A stretch of 64,000 nt of DNA, taken from an uncultured Acidimicrobiaceae bacterium (GTDB lineage Bacteria > Actinomycetota > Acidimicrobiia > Acidimicrobiales > Bog-793). Below the pieces are notes generated by a model that ran no database searches, was not told where the DNA came from, and saw nothing but the letters and a program-made list of their open reading frames with translations. Location: positions 264,475 to 328,474 of the forward strand of contig CAWJBM010000005.1 in the NCBI GenBank assembly GCA_963841155.1. The letters run 5' to 3'. How positions within the stretch are numbered: the first letter of the stretch is position 1; the number at the start of each line of letters is the position of its first letter. Both the position numbers and the translations under genes were made by a program. Shown here piece by piece: positions 1 to 8,802 of this stretch.

Positions 1-6
1 CAGGGA

Positions 7-2445
7 GTGCGGGAGCGACAAAGAAGCATGGCAGTGGACACCGCCGAGACTGCGACAGCCGGCGAGCTTGCGCACGCCTACGCTCCGGAAGCCGACCCGC
101 CGGAAGCCGACAGGCCTCCTGAGGTCCGCGGCAGGTCCACTCGCCAATTCGGCGTGACGGCCTGGACGGCGGCGATCCTCCTCGGGCTCTTCCTCATCTG
201 GGCGGCGTCTCACCAGGGTGGCCACGGTTTCACCGCTGACCAACGTGCCGTCGTCAAGCTCGCCGTCGCCGTCCTCACAGCCGCCAGCTGTGTCGTGTTC
301 GGTCGGCGCGCGGCACCTCAAGTACGGCTCGCCTGGATGTGGATCGGGGCCTTCGCCACTGTCTGGGCTGTCGGAGAAGCCATCGTCACGTGGTACGACT
401 TCGCAAGAAACGGTGCGCTGCCGTTCCCCTCGGCCGCCGATGCAGGCTTCCTGGCCGCGCTGCCAATTGCCGCAATCGGGGTCCTTCTGTTCCCCTCGGA
501 GCCAAGGCTCGGCGTCTCTCACGCACGCATGCCCCTCGACGGCATCATCGTCGCCGGATCGCTTCTCATCGTGAGCTGGACCACTGCACTCGGCGCCGTG
601 TACCACTTCGGCTCGGGCAGCGTCTTCTCCCAAGCGGTCAGGCTTGGCTACCCGATCGGCGACGTGATCGTCGCCACCGTCGCCATCAGCGTCCTCGCCC
701 AGGGCCGTGGTCGCCAGCGCGTCCCGCCCGTGCTCGTCGTCGCCGGCCTGCTCTGCATCACTGGCACCGACAGCGGTCTCGCCTACCTGAGTCACGTCAC
801 TTCGTTCGGATACGAGTCTCTCGTCGACGGCGGCCGCGTGGCTGGCTTCCTGCTCATCGCTCTCGCCCCTCTGTGGCCGCTCGAGCGGACCACCGGCACG
901 CGCGACGATGTAGGTGGGCCGTCGCCATGGCGGGTCGCGCTCCCCTATTTCTTCCTCGCCTTCGCGATCGCCGCGGCCGCCGTCAAAGGTGCCCAATCCG
1001 GTCACGTCGACCTGTTCACTGTGGTCGCCGGGCTGTGCGTCATCGCTGCCGTGCTCACACGACTAGTGCTCACCCTGGTCGAGAACCTCCGTCTCACAGG
1101 CCAGATGCAGCGCGCCGTCAACACGCTTCGCGCGAACCAGGTCGAGCTGGTGCACTACGCCCTCCACGACTCGCTCACCGGCCTGCCCAACCGTGTTCTC
1201 TTCGCCGACCGCATCGAACATGCGCTCGCCCGGCGCGCTTCACCCACTCGCCGTGTGGCCGTGATGCTCTGCGACCTCGACAGCTTCAAGGACGTGAACG
1301 ACACGCTCGGCCACTCCAGCGGCGACGAGGTGTTGATCGCGGCCGCGGATCGTCTGAGCTCGTGCATCCGTCCCTCTGACACGGTCGCACGCATCGGGGG
1401 AGACGAGTTTGCCGTCCTCATCGACGACGCCTCAGGAATCGACGAGGTGGCGTCGGTCGCGGCCCGCGTATGTTCGACGATGCGGATCCCGTTCACGCTT
1501 GGAGGCCGCGATTTCATCGTGCATGCGAGCGTCGGTATCGCGATGGCCAGCCAGCTCGACACCGACGGCGAAAAACTCGTTCAGGATGCCGATGTCGCCC
1601 TCTACGCAGTCAAAGACGCCGGAGGCGACAACTACACGTTCTTCGAGGCACGCCTCGGCAAGGCTTACGTCGACAGGCTCGGGCTGCAGGCCGAGCTTTC
1701 GGCGACGCTCGACAACGGCGAGCTCTTCGTGGAGTACCAGCCAGTCGTCGAGCTGGCTTCGGGGCGCACCGTCGGGGTGGAAGCACTATTGCGGTGGCGC
1801 CATCCCAGGCGTGGCGTGCTGATGCCGGTGGACTTCCTCACAGTCGCAGACAGCTCTGGAATCGTGGTCCAGATCGGTGCTTGGGTCCTGAACGAGGCGC
1901 TGCAGAAGCTTCAGGGCTGGAGACAGCGGACCCCTGCTGCTGCGCAGCTGTGGACATCGGTCAACATCTCTGCGCGACAGCTCGCGAGTGGCGACCTTGT
2001 CCGCGCTGTCTCCAGGGCCATCGACGCGAGCGGGCTAGAGCCGGAGTCGTTGCATATCGAGCTGACGGAGAGTGCAGTGATCGACCTGGTCGACTGGTCC
2101 TCGCTCGTCCTTGGAGACTTGAAGAGCCTCGGGGTGATGCTCGAGATCAACGACTTCGGCACGGGCTACTCCTCTCTCGCGTACCTCAAGCAGCTACCGA
2201 TCGACGCCGTGAAGATCGAGCGCACATTCGTGGAGGGTCTCGGTACCGACGGCCGTGACGCGGTCATCATCGAGGCGGTCGTGTCGTTGGCGCACGCGTT
2301 GCAGTTGAAGGTCACCGCCGAAAATGTCGAGACCAGTCGCCAGGTCGAGTGGCTGCGAACTCTCGGATGCGATTACGGGCAGGGCTACCACTGGAGCGCC
2401 CCGCTTGCGGCCGCCGACTTGGAGGAGTGGATCAGCCGCAGCTGA
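7..2445 (+). CDS. Membrane-anchored GGDEF-EAL (diguanylate cyclase/phosphodiesterase) signalling protein
   Basis: 812-aa ORF. Multiple hydrophobic N-terminal segments, then GGDEF motif 'RIGGDEFAVL' and EAL-domain motifs 'EALLRW', 'INDFGTGYSSL', 'GQGYHWS'. Confidence 0.9.
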   Translation: MRERQRSMAVDTAETATAGELAHAYAPEADPPEADRPPEVRGRSTRQFGVTAWTAAILLGLFLIWAASHQGGHGFTADQRAVVKLAVAVLTAASCVVFGRRAAPQVRLAWMWIGAFATVWAVGEAIVTWYDFARNGALPFPSAADAGFLAALPIAAIGVLLFPSEPRLGVSHARMPLDGIIVAGSLLIVSWTTALGAVYHFGSGSVFSQAVRLGYPIGDVIVATVAISVLAQGRGRQRVPPVLVVAGLLCITGTDSGLAYLSHVTSFGYESLVDGGRVAGFLLIALAPLWPLERTTGTRDDVGGPSPWRVALPYFFLAFAIAAAAVKGAQSGHVDLFTVVAGLCVIAAVLTRLVLTLVENLRLTGQMQRAVNTLRANQVELVHYALHDSLTGLPNRVLFADRIEHALARRASPTRRVAVMLCDLDSFKDVNDTLGHSSGDEVLIAAADRLSSCIRPSDTVARIGGDEFAVLIDDASGIDEVASVAARVCSTMRIPFTLGGRDFIVHASVGIAMASQLDTDGEKLVQDADVALYAVKDAGGDNYTFFEARLGKAYVDRLGLQAELSATLDNGELFVEYQPVVELASGRTVGVEALLRWRHPRRGVLMPVDFLTVADSSGIVVQIGAWVLNEALQKLQGWRQRTPAAAQLWTSVNISARQLASGDLVRAVSRAIDASGLEPESLHIELTESAVIDLVDWSSLVLGDLKSLGVMLEINDFGTGYSSLAYLKQLPIDAVKIERTFVEGLGTDGRDAVIIEAVVSLAHALQLKVTAENVETSRQVEWLRTLGCDYGQGYHWSAPLAAADLEEWISRS

Positions 2446-2954
2446 GAGGTGGCGGGCGGCGAACGGGATCTGGCCAAGCGCAACAGAGACCGCGACAAGT
2501 GCTCAAGGCTCAAAGCCGACAAGCCGATCAAGTACCTCGTGTCCCACATTGACTACACGAGCAACCCCACGAACTGTGAGAACAAGCATCCCTCGATGCC
2601 GGCGTTGACCGACACGACCGCCACGGGCGGCGGTGCGGCCGTCAGGACCAGCGCGGCCGCCGACGGCTGAACCAGCTGACCGCCTGAGCAGGCAGCGGCG
2701 CGAGAGAGGACCACGACCGTTGGCCCCGACGCCACTCGCGCCGCTGTCTGCAGCCTTCCTCGTCACGACGGCGTCCCTCGTCCCGGTCGCTCTTGCCTCC
2801 GCGTCCACTGGACACCTGCGTTCAACGCCGGCAGCGGCGGAGAGGCCCACGACCAGGATCTGAGGCTGCGCGAGAAGACGGCTGTGCCGGTAGCGCCCTC
2901 GAGGTGAAGTACAGTTGCGCCAGTCGATGAACCTCTAGGCGAGGAGCGAATCTG

Positions 2955-4010
2955 ATGCGGCTCAGGCGCAAGATCGTGACCGCCGGTTTGAGCGTCGCGT
3001 GCGGCGTCGCCCTTGCCGCGTGCGGCCAGCAAGTCGTCACGCACGTGCAGGCAGGTGACACCGTCCACTCGGCTTTGACCAGCGTGTTCAAGAGTCCCAC
3101 GACCCGATTCGTCATCACCGGACAGGATCTTCCCGGAGCGGCAAGCATCGCCGACGGCAGCTTCTCCATCGTGCTCACGACCTCACTAGCGAGCGGTGCG
3201 AGCAGCTCCGTCCTGCGTGGTGACCAGTCCGTGGATGTCTCGATCCTCCACGAGTCCACGGACCTCGTCGACCTCCGCCTGGTAGGCAAATCGGGGTATT
3301 TCCGGGTGGATCTCAGAGGCATCGCCGACTTGCTCGGCCAGGGCGGCCAAGCGACGTTCGCTTCCACAGCGAGCAGCATCAACAAGCTGGCCGGCCATCG
3401 GGGCCTCGGATATCTCCACCAGATCCTGCTCGGCAAGTGGGTAGGCGTCTCGTCGAGCACGCTCATCGCTCTAGCCCGCAAACTCGCGGGCAAGATGCCG
3501 TCAGCCGCGTCATCGATTTCGAACCTGCAGAAGCTCAGCCAGAACCTGCAGAAGATCAACCAAATGAAGCTCACTGTCTCAGCCTCCTTCGCGCAGTGCC
3601 TACGGACGTGGCTGAGCATCCACAAGAAGACGGCCGACGAGTACTCGCTCAGCCTTCCCGCTCGATCCTTTGGCGCTTCACTTGTCGAGAAGCTGGCCAA
3701 GCCTCTGGCAGCGGACCTGAACGAGCCGTCCCCGTCTCGAGCAGAGCTTTCAAAGGCGATCGGCGAGATCTCCGCCAAGCTTTCTCTCCGTGCGAACCTG
3801 TGGATCTCGAAAGGGTCGGTGAGCAGGCTCCAGGTCTTCGTCCCCAACTCCAGCGCCTACCTTCTGATCGGTGTGTCCCATCCGGCGGTGCCGGTTGAGG
3901 TTCCAGCCAACTCGACCATGCTGACGGTCGGCAACTTGAGCGTCCTGTTCGGAGCCTCGCCCCTAGGCGGGCTCAAGGACTTGGGTTCGGTTAGCAGTCT
4001 CCTCTCGTGA
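2955..4010 (+). CDS. Putative secreted lipoprotein, function unknown
   Basis: 351-aa ORF with signal/lipobox-like N-terminus 'LSVACGVALAACGQQ'. No recognisable catalytic motif. Confidence 0.6.
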   Translation: MRLRRKIVTAGLSVACGVALAACGQQVVTHVQAGDTVHSALTSVFKSPTTRFVITGQDLPGAASIADGSFSIVLTTSLASGASSSVLRGDQSVDVSILHESTDLVDLRLVGKSGYFRVDLRGIADLLGQGGQATFASTASSINKLAGHRGLGYLHQILLGKWVGVSSSTLIALARKLAGKMPSAASSISNLQKLSQNLQKINQMKLTVSASFAQCLRTWLSIHKKTADEYSLSLPARSFGASLVEKLAKPLAADLNEPSPSRAELSKAIGEISAKLSLRANLWISKGSVSRLQVFVPNSSAYLLIGVSHPAVPVEVPANSTMLTVGNLSVLFGASPLGGLKDLGSVSSLLS

Positions 4011-4356
4011 CCTGAGCCAGACAAACACCGAAGCTCGCGGTCCCGTCTGGCTCCGTTTCGCGTCCCAGGACGGCCCTGGTCGAGTGCCGGCGCCGCCTTG
4101 CCCCAAGATCCAGTCAGGTTCCTCCTCGGGCGGTGCGAACCTGAGGATCACTGGCCCCGCGATGTCCGAGATGTGAACGGTTCTCCGCTCTCATTGCCAT
4201 GGACCTCTGAGCTTCGACCCGGTTCTGCCAAGGTCCGTCCTTGCCGGCGCCGAAACCCGGCGGGCCAAACCCGTGAGCGCCCCTTGCTCGACATGTCCAC
4301 GACCCGGACGTCGTGGCGATCGTCAGGGAAGCGTTGACGGCGAGCGGGCTTGCCCG

Positions 4357-4607
4357 AACCGCCTCGTCCTGGAGATCACCGGGAGCGTGGCGCTCGTCGA
4401 TGCCCTCGAGACCAAGAGCGTGATCGAGCACCTTGGCCACTACGGGGTGACTGTCGAGCTCGGCCCGAAGCTCGAGATGACCGTGTTCGCCGAGGAGACC
4501 GAGACGCAAGGACAGCTCGAACGCCTCCGACACCTCGGCCGCGGGTCGGCCAGGGCTACCTCTTCTCACCTGCCATATCGGCCGGCCAGGTGTCGGCCAT
4601 GCTCGAC
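4357..4607 (+). pseudogene. Degraded EAL-domain remnant (frameshifted, internally deleted)
   Basis: Frame 1 reads 'LVLEITGSVALVD...LGHYGVTVEL...TQGQLERLRHLG'. Frame 3 continues 'GQGYLFSPAISAGQVSAMLD'. This mimics the C-terminal half of the EAL domain of ORF 7-2445 but lacks the DDFGTGYSSL block. Confidence 0.45.
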
Positions 4608-4841
4608 CGGGAGCCGGACAAGTGGGCGCAGAGGTTGGCGCCGTCAACTACGCACCAGGAAGACCAACAGGGAAACCAACCCGCTGACCGACACCCAGTC
4701 ACACACCATCACCAGGACTTACGCGCGTAGATCGAGGGTCCGCCGGCCCGGTCCGCCAGGACCCTCCACCTCGGGCGTTTCGCCCTTGGCCCGGCGTCCC
4801 TCGCCCTGGCTCGTTGTCGAGACCTTTGGCGGACAGTGGAC

Positions 4842-6002
4842 TTACGGCGCCCACGACACGGTGGCGGCGCTGTTCATGCCTGCGAGCGGTTTCCCGTTCA
4901 CAGTAAGCGGCCCGGAGGCGATCTCTTCCAACACGGGGGCCTCTGTCCCCCCCAGCTTGATGTGCCCGGCCTGGTAGGCGAGATCACTGCCCGCCGCAGT
5001 GGCCACCAACGCCCCCTTCTTGTCGCCGGTCAGCACTCCCCGAGGGGACACCCACAGCACCGCGGTGCGCATCGTGCTCTGTTGAGTGCAGTCGACCATG
5101 GTGGCGTCGAGGGTGTCCTTCGGGTCGAAGACGAACGACTGCACCCGCCAGCGCGGCCCGGCCGGCAGGGAGGCCTGCTTGATGGTGCGCGTCGTCTCGT
5201 TGACCACGAATATCCGCGACGCAGGCCCAATACCGCACCCGTCGGTGTGGTCGCCAAGCTCGGCAGCAAAGACGGTGCCGTCGGGCGAGACGGCGGTCAC
5301 CTCGTACAGAGGACCGTTGGAGGCGGGTTTGGGCAGCGCCTGGAGCTTGGTCACCGCGCCGGCGAGGCTGACACGCCACAGGCGGGTGCCGGACTTGATG
5401 TCCGGCCCCATGATGAAGCCACCCGAATAGCCCACAACGTCGTCACTCGTGGGGACGGCTACCGACCGGCGGCTCACATGCCCGTCGACGTTCAAGGTGG
5501 TGAGCGTCGACGGTGAGTTCAGATCCGCGCCAGGCACAAGGAGCGCCAGCCCGGAACTGCTCACGGACAGACCCTCGGAGTACTGGAACTGGGTGGGATA
5601 CGACATGCGCCGGTGAGTGACGGTGTCGTACCAGCCGATCGCTCCCCGGCCGGTGCTCAGGTTGGTTTGCTCCCAGCCAAGGTAGCGCCCGCTGGCAGAC
5701 CACTGGAAGTCGGTGACGGTCATCGGCTTGGCCGTGCCCTTCACGTCGACGGGCCCAATTACTTTGCGCGCGCCGTCCTGCACCAGGGTCAGCCTGCCCG
5801 CCGCGAGTACCGCGAGTGCAGGAACTCTCTTTCCGGCTGTCGCCCGGAGGTTCTGGGCCGCACCGGTACCCGCCAGCAGAGCGAGAACCAGCACGGCGAT
5901 GACCAGGCCGGTGATTGAGCGGCACGCCGCAATGGCCCGCCGTGTGGGGAAGAAACGTGTCAGGTTCACACGTGCAGTGATATCAAAACGGCACGGAGTC
6001 AT
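4842..6002 (-). CDS. Membrane-anchored extracytoplasmic protein, function unknown
   Basis: Long ORF. Start placed at internal Met 'MTPCRF'. One TM/signal anchor 'ITGLVIAVLVLALLAGTGAA', followed by a beta-rich sequence. Start uncertain. Confidence 0.5.
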   Translation of the reverse strand: MTPCRFDITARVNLTRFFPTRRAIAACRSITGLVIAVLVLALLAGTGAAQNLRATAGKRVPALAVLAAGRLTLVQDGARKVIGPVDVKGTAKPMTVTDFQWSASGRYLGWEQTNLSTGRGAIGWYDTVTHRRMSYPTQFQYSEGLSVSSSGLALLVPGADLNSPSTLTTLNVDGHVSRRSVAVPTSDDVVGYSGGFIMGPDIKSGTRLWRVSLAGAVTKLQALPKPASNGPLYEVTAVSPDGTVFAAELGDHTDGCGIGPASRIFVVNETTRTIKQASLPAGPRWRVQSFVFDPKDTLDATMVDCTQQSTMRTAVLWVSPRGVLTGDKKGALVATAAGSDLAYQAGHIKLGGTEAPVLEEIASGPLTVNGKPLAGMNSAATVSWAP

Positions 6003-6116
6003 CAACGCCCCTGACCCACGAGGGCGCCGCACACCAGAGGGCCGTGGTGAGCACAGAGGGGAAGGCCGGGCTGGAGGAAACCCCGGCAACCACAGGGGTT
6101 CCCCCAGGTCACTACC

Positions 6117-6161
6117 GGTGGGCCGTACAAGACTTGAACTTGTGACCTCTTGCGTGTCATG
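6117..6161. repeat. Island att repeat: displaced 3' part of tRNA-Val (anticodon loop to CC)
   Basis: 45 nt 'ggtgggccgtacaagacttgaacttgtgacctcttgcgtgtcatg', identical to 23651-23695. Confidence 0.85.
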
Positions 6162-6268
6162 TAAGAGACAGCCGTTTGCTCAGTGTTGTGCAGTGCTGCA
6201 AGGTCCTGATACGTCCAGGTCAAAGCATTGCCGGGCTGCGTGCCATGCCGTCTTGTGTTGTCCTGCGT

Positions 6269-6320
6269 TGGTTGCAGTTGGCGGTTAGCCGGGTTTTAGG
6301 TTGCAGTGTTAGGTTGCAGT
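6269..6320 (+). promoter_or_regulatory. Cluster of three (T)AGGTTGCAG repeats, putative integrase arm-type binding sites
   Basis: 'tggttgcagt' 6269-6278, 'taggttgcagt' 6297-6307 and 'taggttgcagt' 6310-6320, about 110-160 bp inside the left att repeat. The same 9-mer recurs at 8043 and 23583. Confidence 0.45.
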
Positions 6321-6324
6321 TCAG

Positions 6325-6359
6325 GCAAAACAAAACCCCCAGCCTCGAAAGACTGGGGG
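6325..6359 (-). terminator. Rho-independent-type terminator for the int operon (minus strand)
   Basis: 7-bp GC stem 'cccccag'/'ctggggg' (6336-6342 / 6353-6359). On the minus strand it is followed by 'ttttgttttg'. It lies just downstream of ORF 6387-6800. Confidence 0.6.
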
Positions 6360-6386
6360 CTTGCCGGGAAGGCTTGGAGATCTTGA

Positions 6387-6800
6387 CTAGGGCGTGTGGT
6401 GCATCACGTCTGGCCCTGACTCCCAGTCCGGTACATACGGACCAGGGCATGGTTCCGGTGGGGACCGCACGAAGTCAGGATCTTGGAACCAGTGGACCTG
6501 ACCACTCGGGTCCACAAGAGCCACCGTGTTTGCTGGTGTCCAGCCTGTGAATCTCGGCCAGTCCGGCAACACCACCGGCTTGCTACGCGCAAACTCACCG
6601 TGATCCGAGAACGGTCCATGAGTGACGTAACCGCCGCCGTCGATAGTGCAACAGCACCGAGTGCATCGGTGCTGTAGCGCATACCAAGGGCCGTGAAGGT
6701 CACCGATCACCTGGTGATCTCTCGACAAACTGTGAGAGCATCCGCACTCGTCCGGTTCACCCAGTATCTCATTGAATGTTGCTAGAACAGGGTCCATCAC
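6387..6800 (-). CDS. Cys/His-rich hypothetical protein translationally coupled to the integrase
   Basis: 137-aa ORF whose ATG overlaps the int stop (ATGA). Contains 'CGCSHSLSRDHQVIGDLHGPWYALQHRCTRCCC'. Followed by the terminator at 6325-6359. Confidence 0.5.
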   Translation of the reverse strand: MMDPVLATFNEILGEPDECGCSHSLSRDHQVIGDLHGPWYALQHRCTRCCCTIDGGGYVTHGPFSDHGEFARSKPVVLPDWPRFTGWTPANTVALVDPSGQVHWFQDPDFVRSPPEPCPGPYVPDWESGPDVMHHTP

Positions 6801-7927
6801 GACAGCACCAAGGCCAGAGCGTCGGATGCACTGCTGTTCCGTGCTGCCTCACTGGTCCACCCGTACACGTCTGCCGTGATCCTGATGCTGGCGTGTCCGA
6901 GATTCCACGAGATTTCCTCAAGGGGTACACCAGCCTCACGAGCCAAGACTGCGTAAGTGTGTCGGAGGTCATGAAAGTGAAGGACCGGAAGGATCAGCCG
7001 CTGGCTGACGTTGCGGAAATGCCTCCTAACCGTTGAGTCACAGATTGGCGTACCCTCACGACTCGTGAACACCAGGCCGTCAGTGCCTTGTGTTTCCTCA
7101 AGGTTCTGACGGACTTGCTGCTCTCTCAGAATGTCGATCACGCCTGCTGTGATCTTAAGAGCCCTACGTGATCTCGGGGTCTTTGGGGCTACCCGCTCAT
7201 GGTCGGTACGGTCCATCGTTCCTGTGACTGTAAGAGTGCCCGCCTCCAAATCGACATCTGCCCACCGAAGGCCGAGAATCTCACCTTCCCTAAGGCCGTT
7301 GTGCAAAGCCAGTACGTAAACGGGCTTCAGCCAGTCTCCATCAAGTTCGACCAATAAATCCTTGGCCTGTTGGGCAGTGAGGACAGGACGTTCAGTGTGC
7401 CTTACAGACACTGACTCCACTTGAGCAGCCACGTTCTTCCGAACGTAATCACGCTGAACCGCTTGGTTCAGTGCTGCAACCAGGATGGACCAGGCACGCT
7501 TTTGCGTGCTCGTGCTGGCGGGCTTGCCATCCTTTCGCCCTGTGGTGGCAAGGGCTTTGAGCATGGCCTCGACATCCTCAGCGGTAAGGGCTGACAGTCT
7601 GATCCGGCCCAGAGTGGGCTTGATGTAGGCCTCGATCACGTCTTGGTAGTTGCGGATGGTTGCGGGCTTGAACTTGCCCGTACCCGCCTTGGCTTCGAGC
7701 CAGCGGTCCAGCCAATCCCCAATGGTTTGTTCGGGTCCAGGCGTTGGCTTGATCCCAGCCTTAACATCCTCTAGTGCCACTTTCCGCTTGGAAATGGCTT
7801 CTTTCATGGTCTTCCCGTACACGTACTTTCGTACACGCTTGCCGCCTGTGGTGGGTGGAAGCTCATACGTGGCAAGCCACAAGCCATCAGACTTTCTCTG
7901 ATGGACTGCGGTTCCTCTTCTTGGCAT
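6797..7927 (-). CDS. int: Tyrosine-type site-specific integrase of the island
   Basis: C-terminal catalytic signature 'HDLRHTYAVL ... LGHASIRITADVY'. N-terminal SAM-like domain 'WLDRWLEAK'. Start taken at 'MPRRGTAVHQRKSDGLW'. Confidence 0.9.
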   Translation of the reverse strand: MPRRGTAVHQRKSDGLWLATYELPPTTGGKRVRKYVYGKTMKEAISKRKVALEDVKAGIKPTPGPEQTIGDWLDRWLEAKAGTGKFKPATIRNYQDVIEAYIKPTLGRIRLSALTAEDVEAMLKALATTGRKDGKPASTSTQKRAWSILVAALNQAVQRDYVRKNVAAQVESVSVRHTERPVLTAQQAKDLLVELDGDWLKPVYVLALHNGLREGEILGLRWADVDLEAGTLTVTGTMDRTDHERVAPKTPRSRRALKITAGVIDILREQQVRQNLEETQGTDGLVFTSREGTPICDSTVRRHFRNVSQRLILPVLHFHDLRHTYAVLAREAGVPLEEISWNLGHASIRITADVYGWTSEAARNSSASDALALVLS

Positions 7928-8042
7928 CTCTAGCCTTCCCTTGACTCTGACCTTTGCCACTCCCCTGCCGCAACGCGAGTCTACAGGCAAGCGCGCCCCT
8001 TGTCCACTCGCCCGTTTGTATTGGGCTTTGCCAGTTCGGCTG

Positions 8043-8051
8043 TAGGTTGCA
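8043..8051 (+). promoter_or_regulatory. Additional TAGGTTGCA copy between int and xis
   Basis: 'tgtaggttgcacc' in the 175-nt int-xis spacer. Confidence 0.35.
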
Positions 8052-8101
8052 CCTAGGCTGCCTGTGCCTCAGTGCTAGCAAGCCCTTCGGCCATCCGTCA
8101 G

Positions 8102-8299
8102 TTATGCTACCCACGACTCCTGTCCCTCTAGGAACTGGTGAAGGGCTTTCTTCGACACTAGGTAGCGCCGTCCAAGCCTGCGGCAACCTGGCAACTCGCC
8201 AGAGACAGCTAGTTCGTAGGCGAGTGAGCGGCCAATCCCAAGCAACTTCGCGGTTTCCTCAACGGTGTACGTAAGACGTTCTTTCGTGATAGCCGACAT
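8102..8299 (-). CDS. xis: Excisionase-family / MerR-like helix-turn-helix DNA-binding protein
   Basis: 65 aa. 'YTVEETAKLLGIGRSLAYELAVSGELPGCRRLGRRYLVSKKAL' is typical of the Xis/AlpA-type HTH_17 fold. Sits immediately upstream of int. Confidence 0.75.
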   Translation of the reverse strand: MSAITKERLTYTVEETAKLLGIGRSLAYELAVSGELPGCRRLGRRYLVSKKALHQFLEGQESWVA

Positions 8300-8802
8300 G
8301 GCAGATCCAATCGTTCGTAGTCATTCGGAACGACTGCGCCACGCAATGTCAGTATTCGTGGGTTCTGCCAGTCGGGTCAGTTGCCCAAAATACCTCCGGC
8401 AACCGCCAACACACAAGATATCACACCGGGACCGGCGCCGTCAACGGGTGCCCCGCCCAACGTTGCCTTTCCCATCATCGCTCACGCCCAACTGACGTTT
8501 TGCCTTATCAGAGCCGGTATATGCCTGTATAGACAGATTTGAGGCCTGAGATGCATAGCACTATAGTGTGTGGCACTCCATAGCTATTGCCGTAGCGCCG
8601 AAACCGACTTGCGTTTTACCTGCTCAGAGGGGTGCTTGCTGGTAGAAATTGAGTCCCTCGGTGTGTAATACTTACCTGCGTACCCGTGCTCCGAGAGTCA
8701 ATCAGTGCAGTGCCTACCGCGCTCGTGCGAGTTGATCGGCTATCGAGGGTGCCGTTGTTCCGCACGCCGCCGGTCCCCGTCAGCATCGGTTAGGAGAACA
8801 AG

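Noticed and set aside
4013-4053. Hairpin 'gagccagac...gtctggctc' after the lipoprotein gene as a terminator
   Set aside because: The 9-bp stem is real, but the loop is 23 nt and the T tract is poor ('cgtttcg'). That is too weak to call with confidence.
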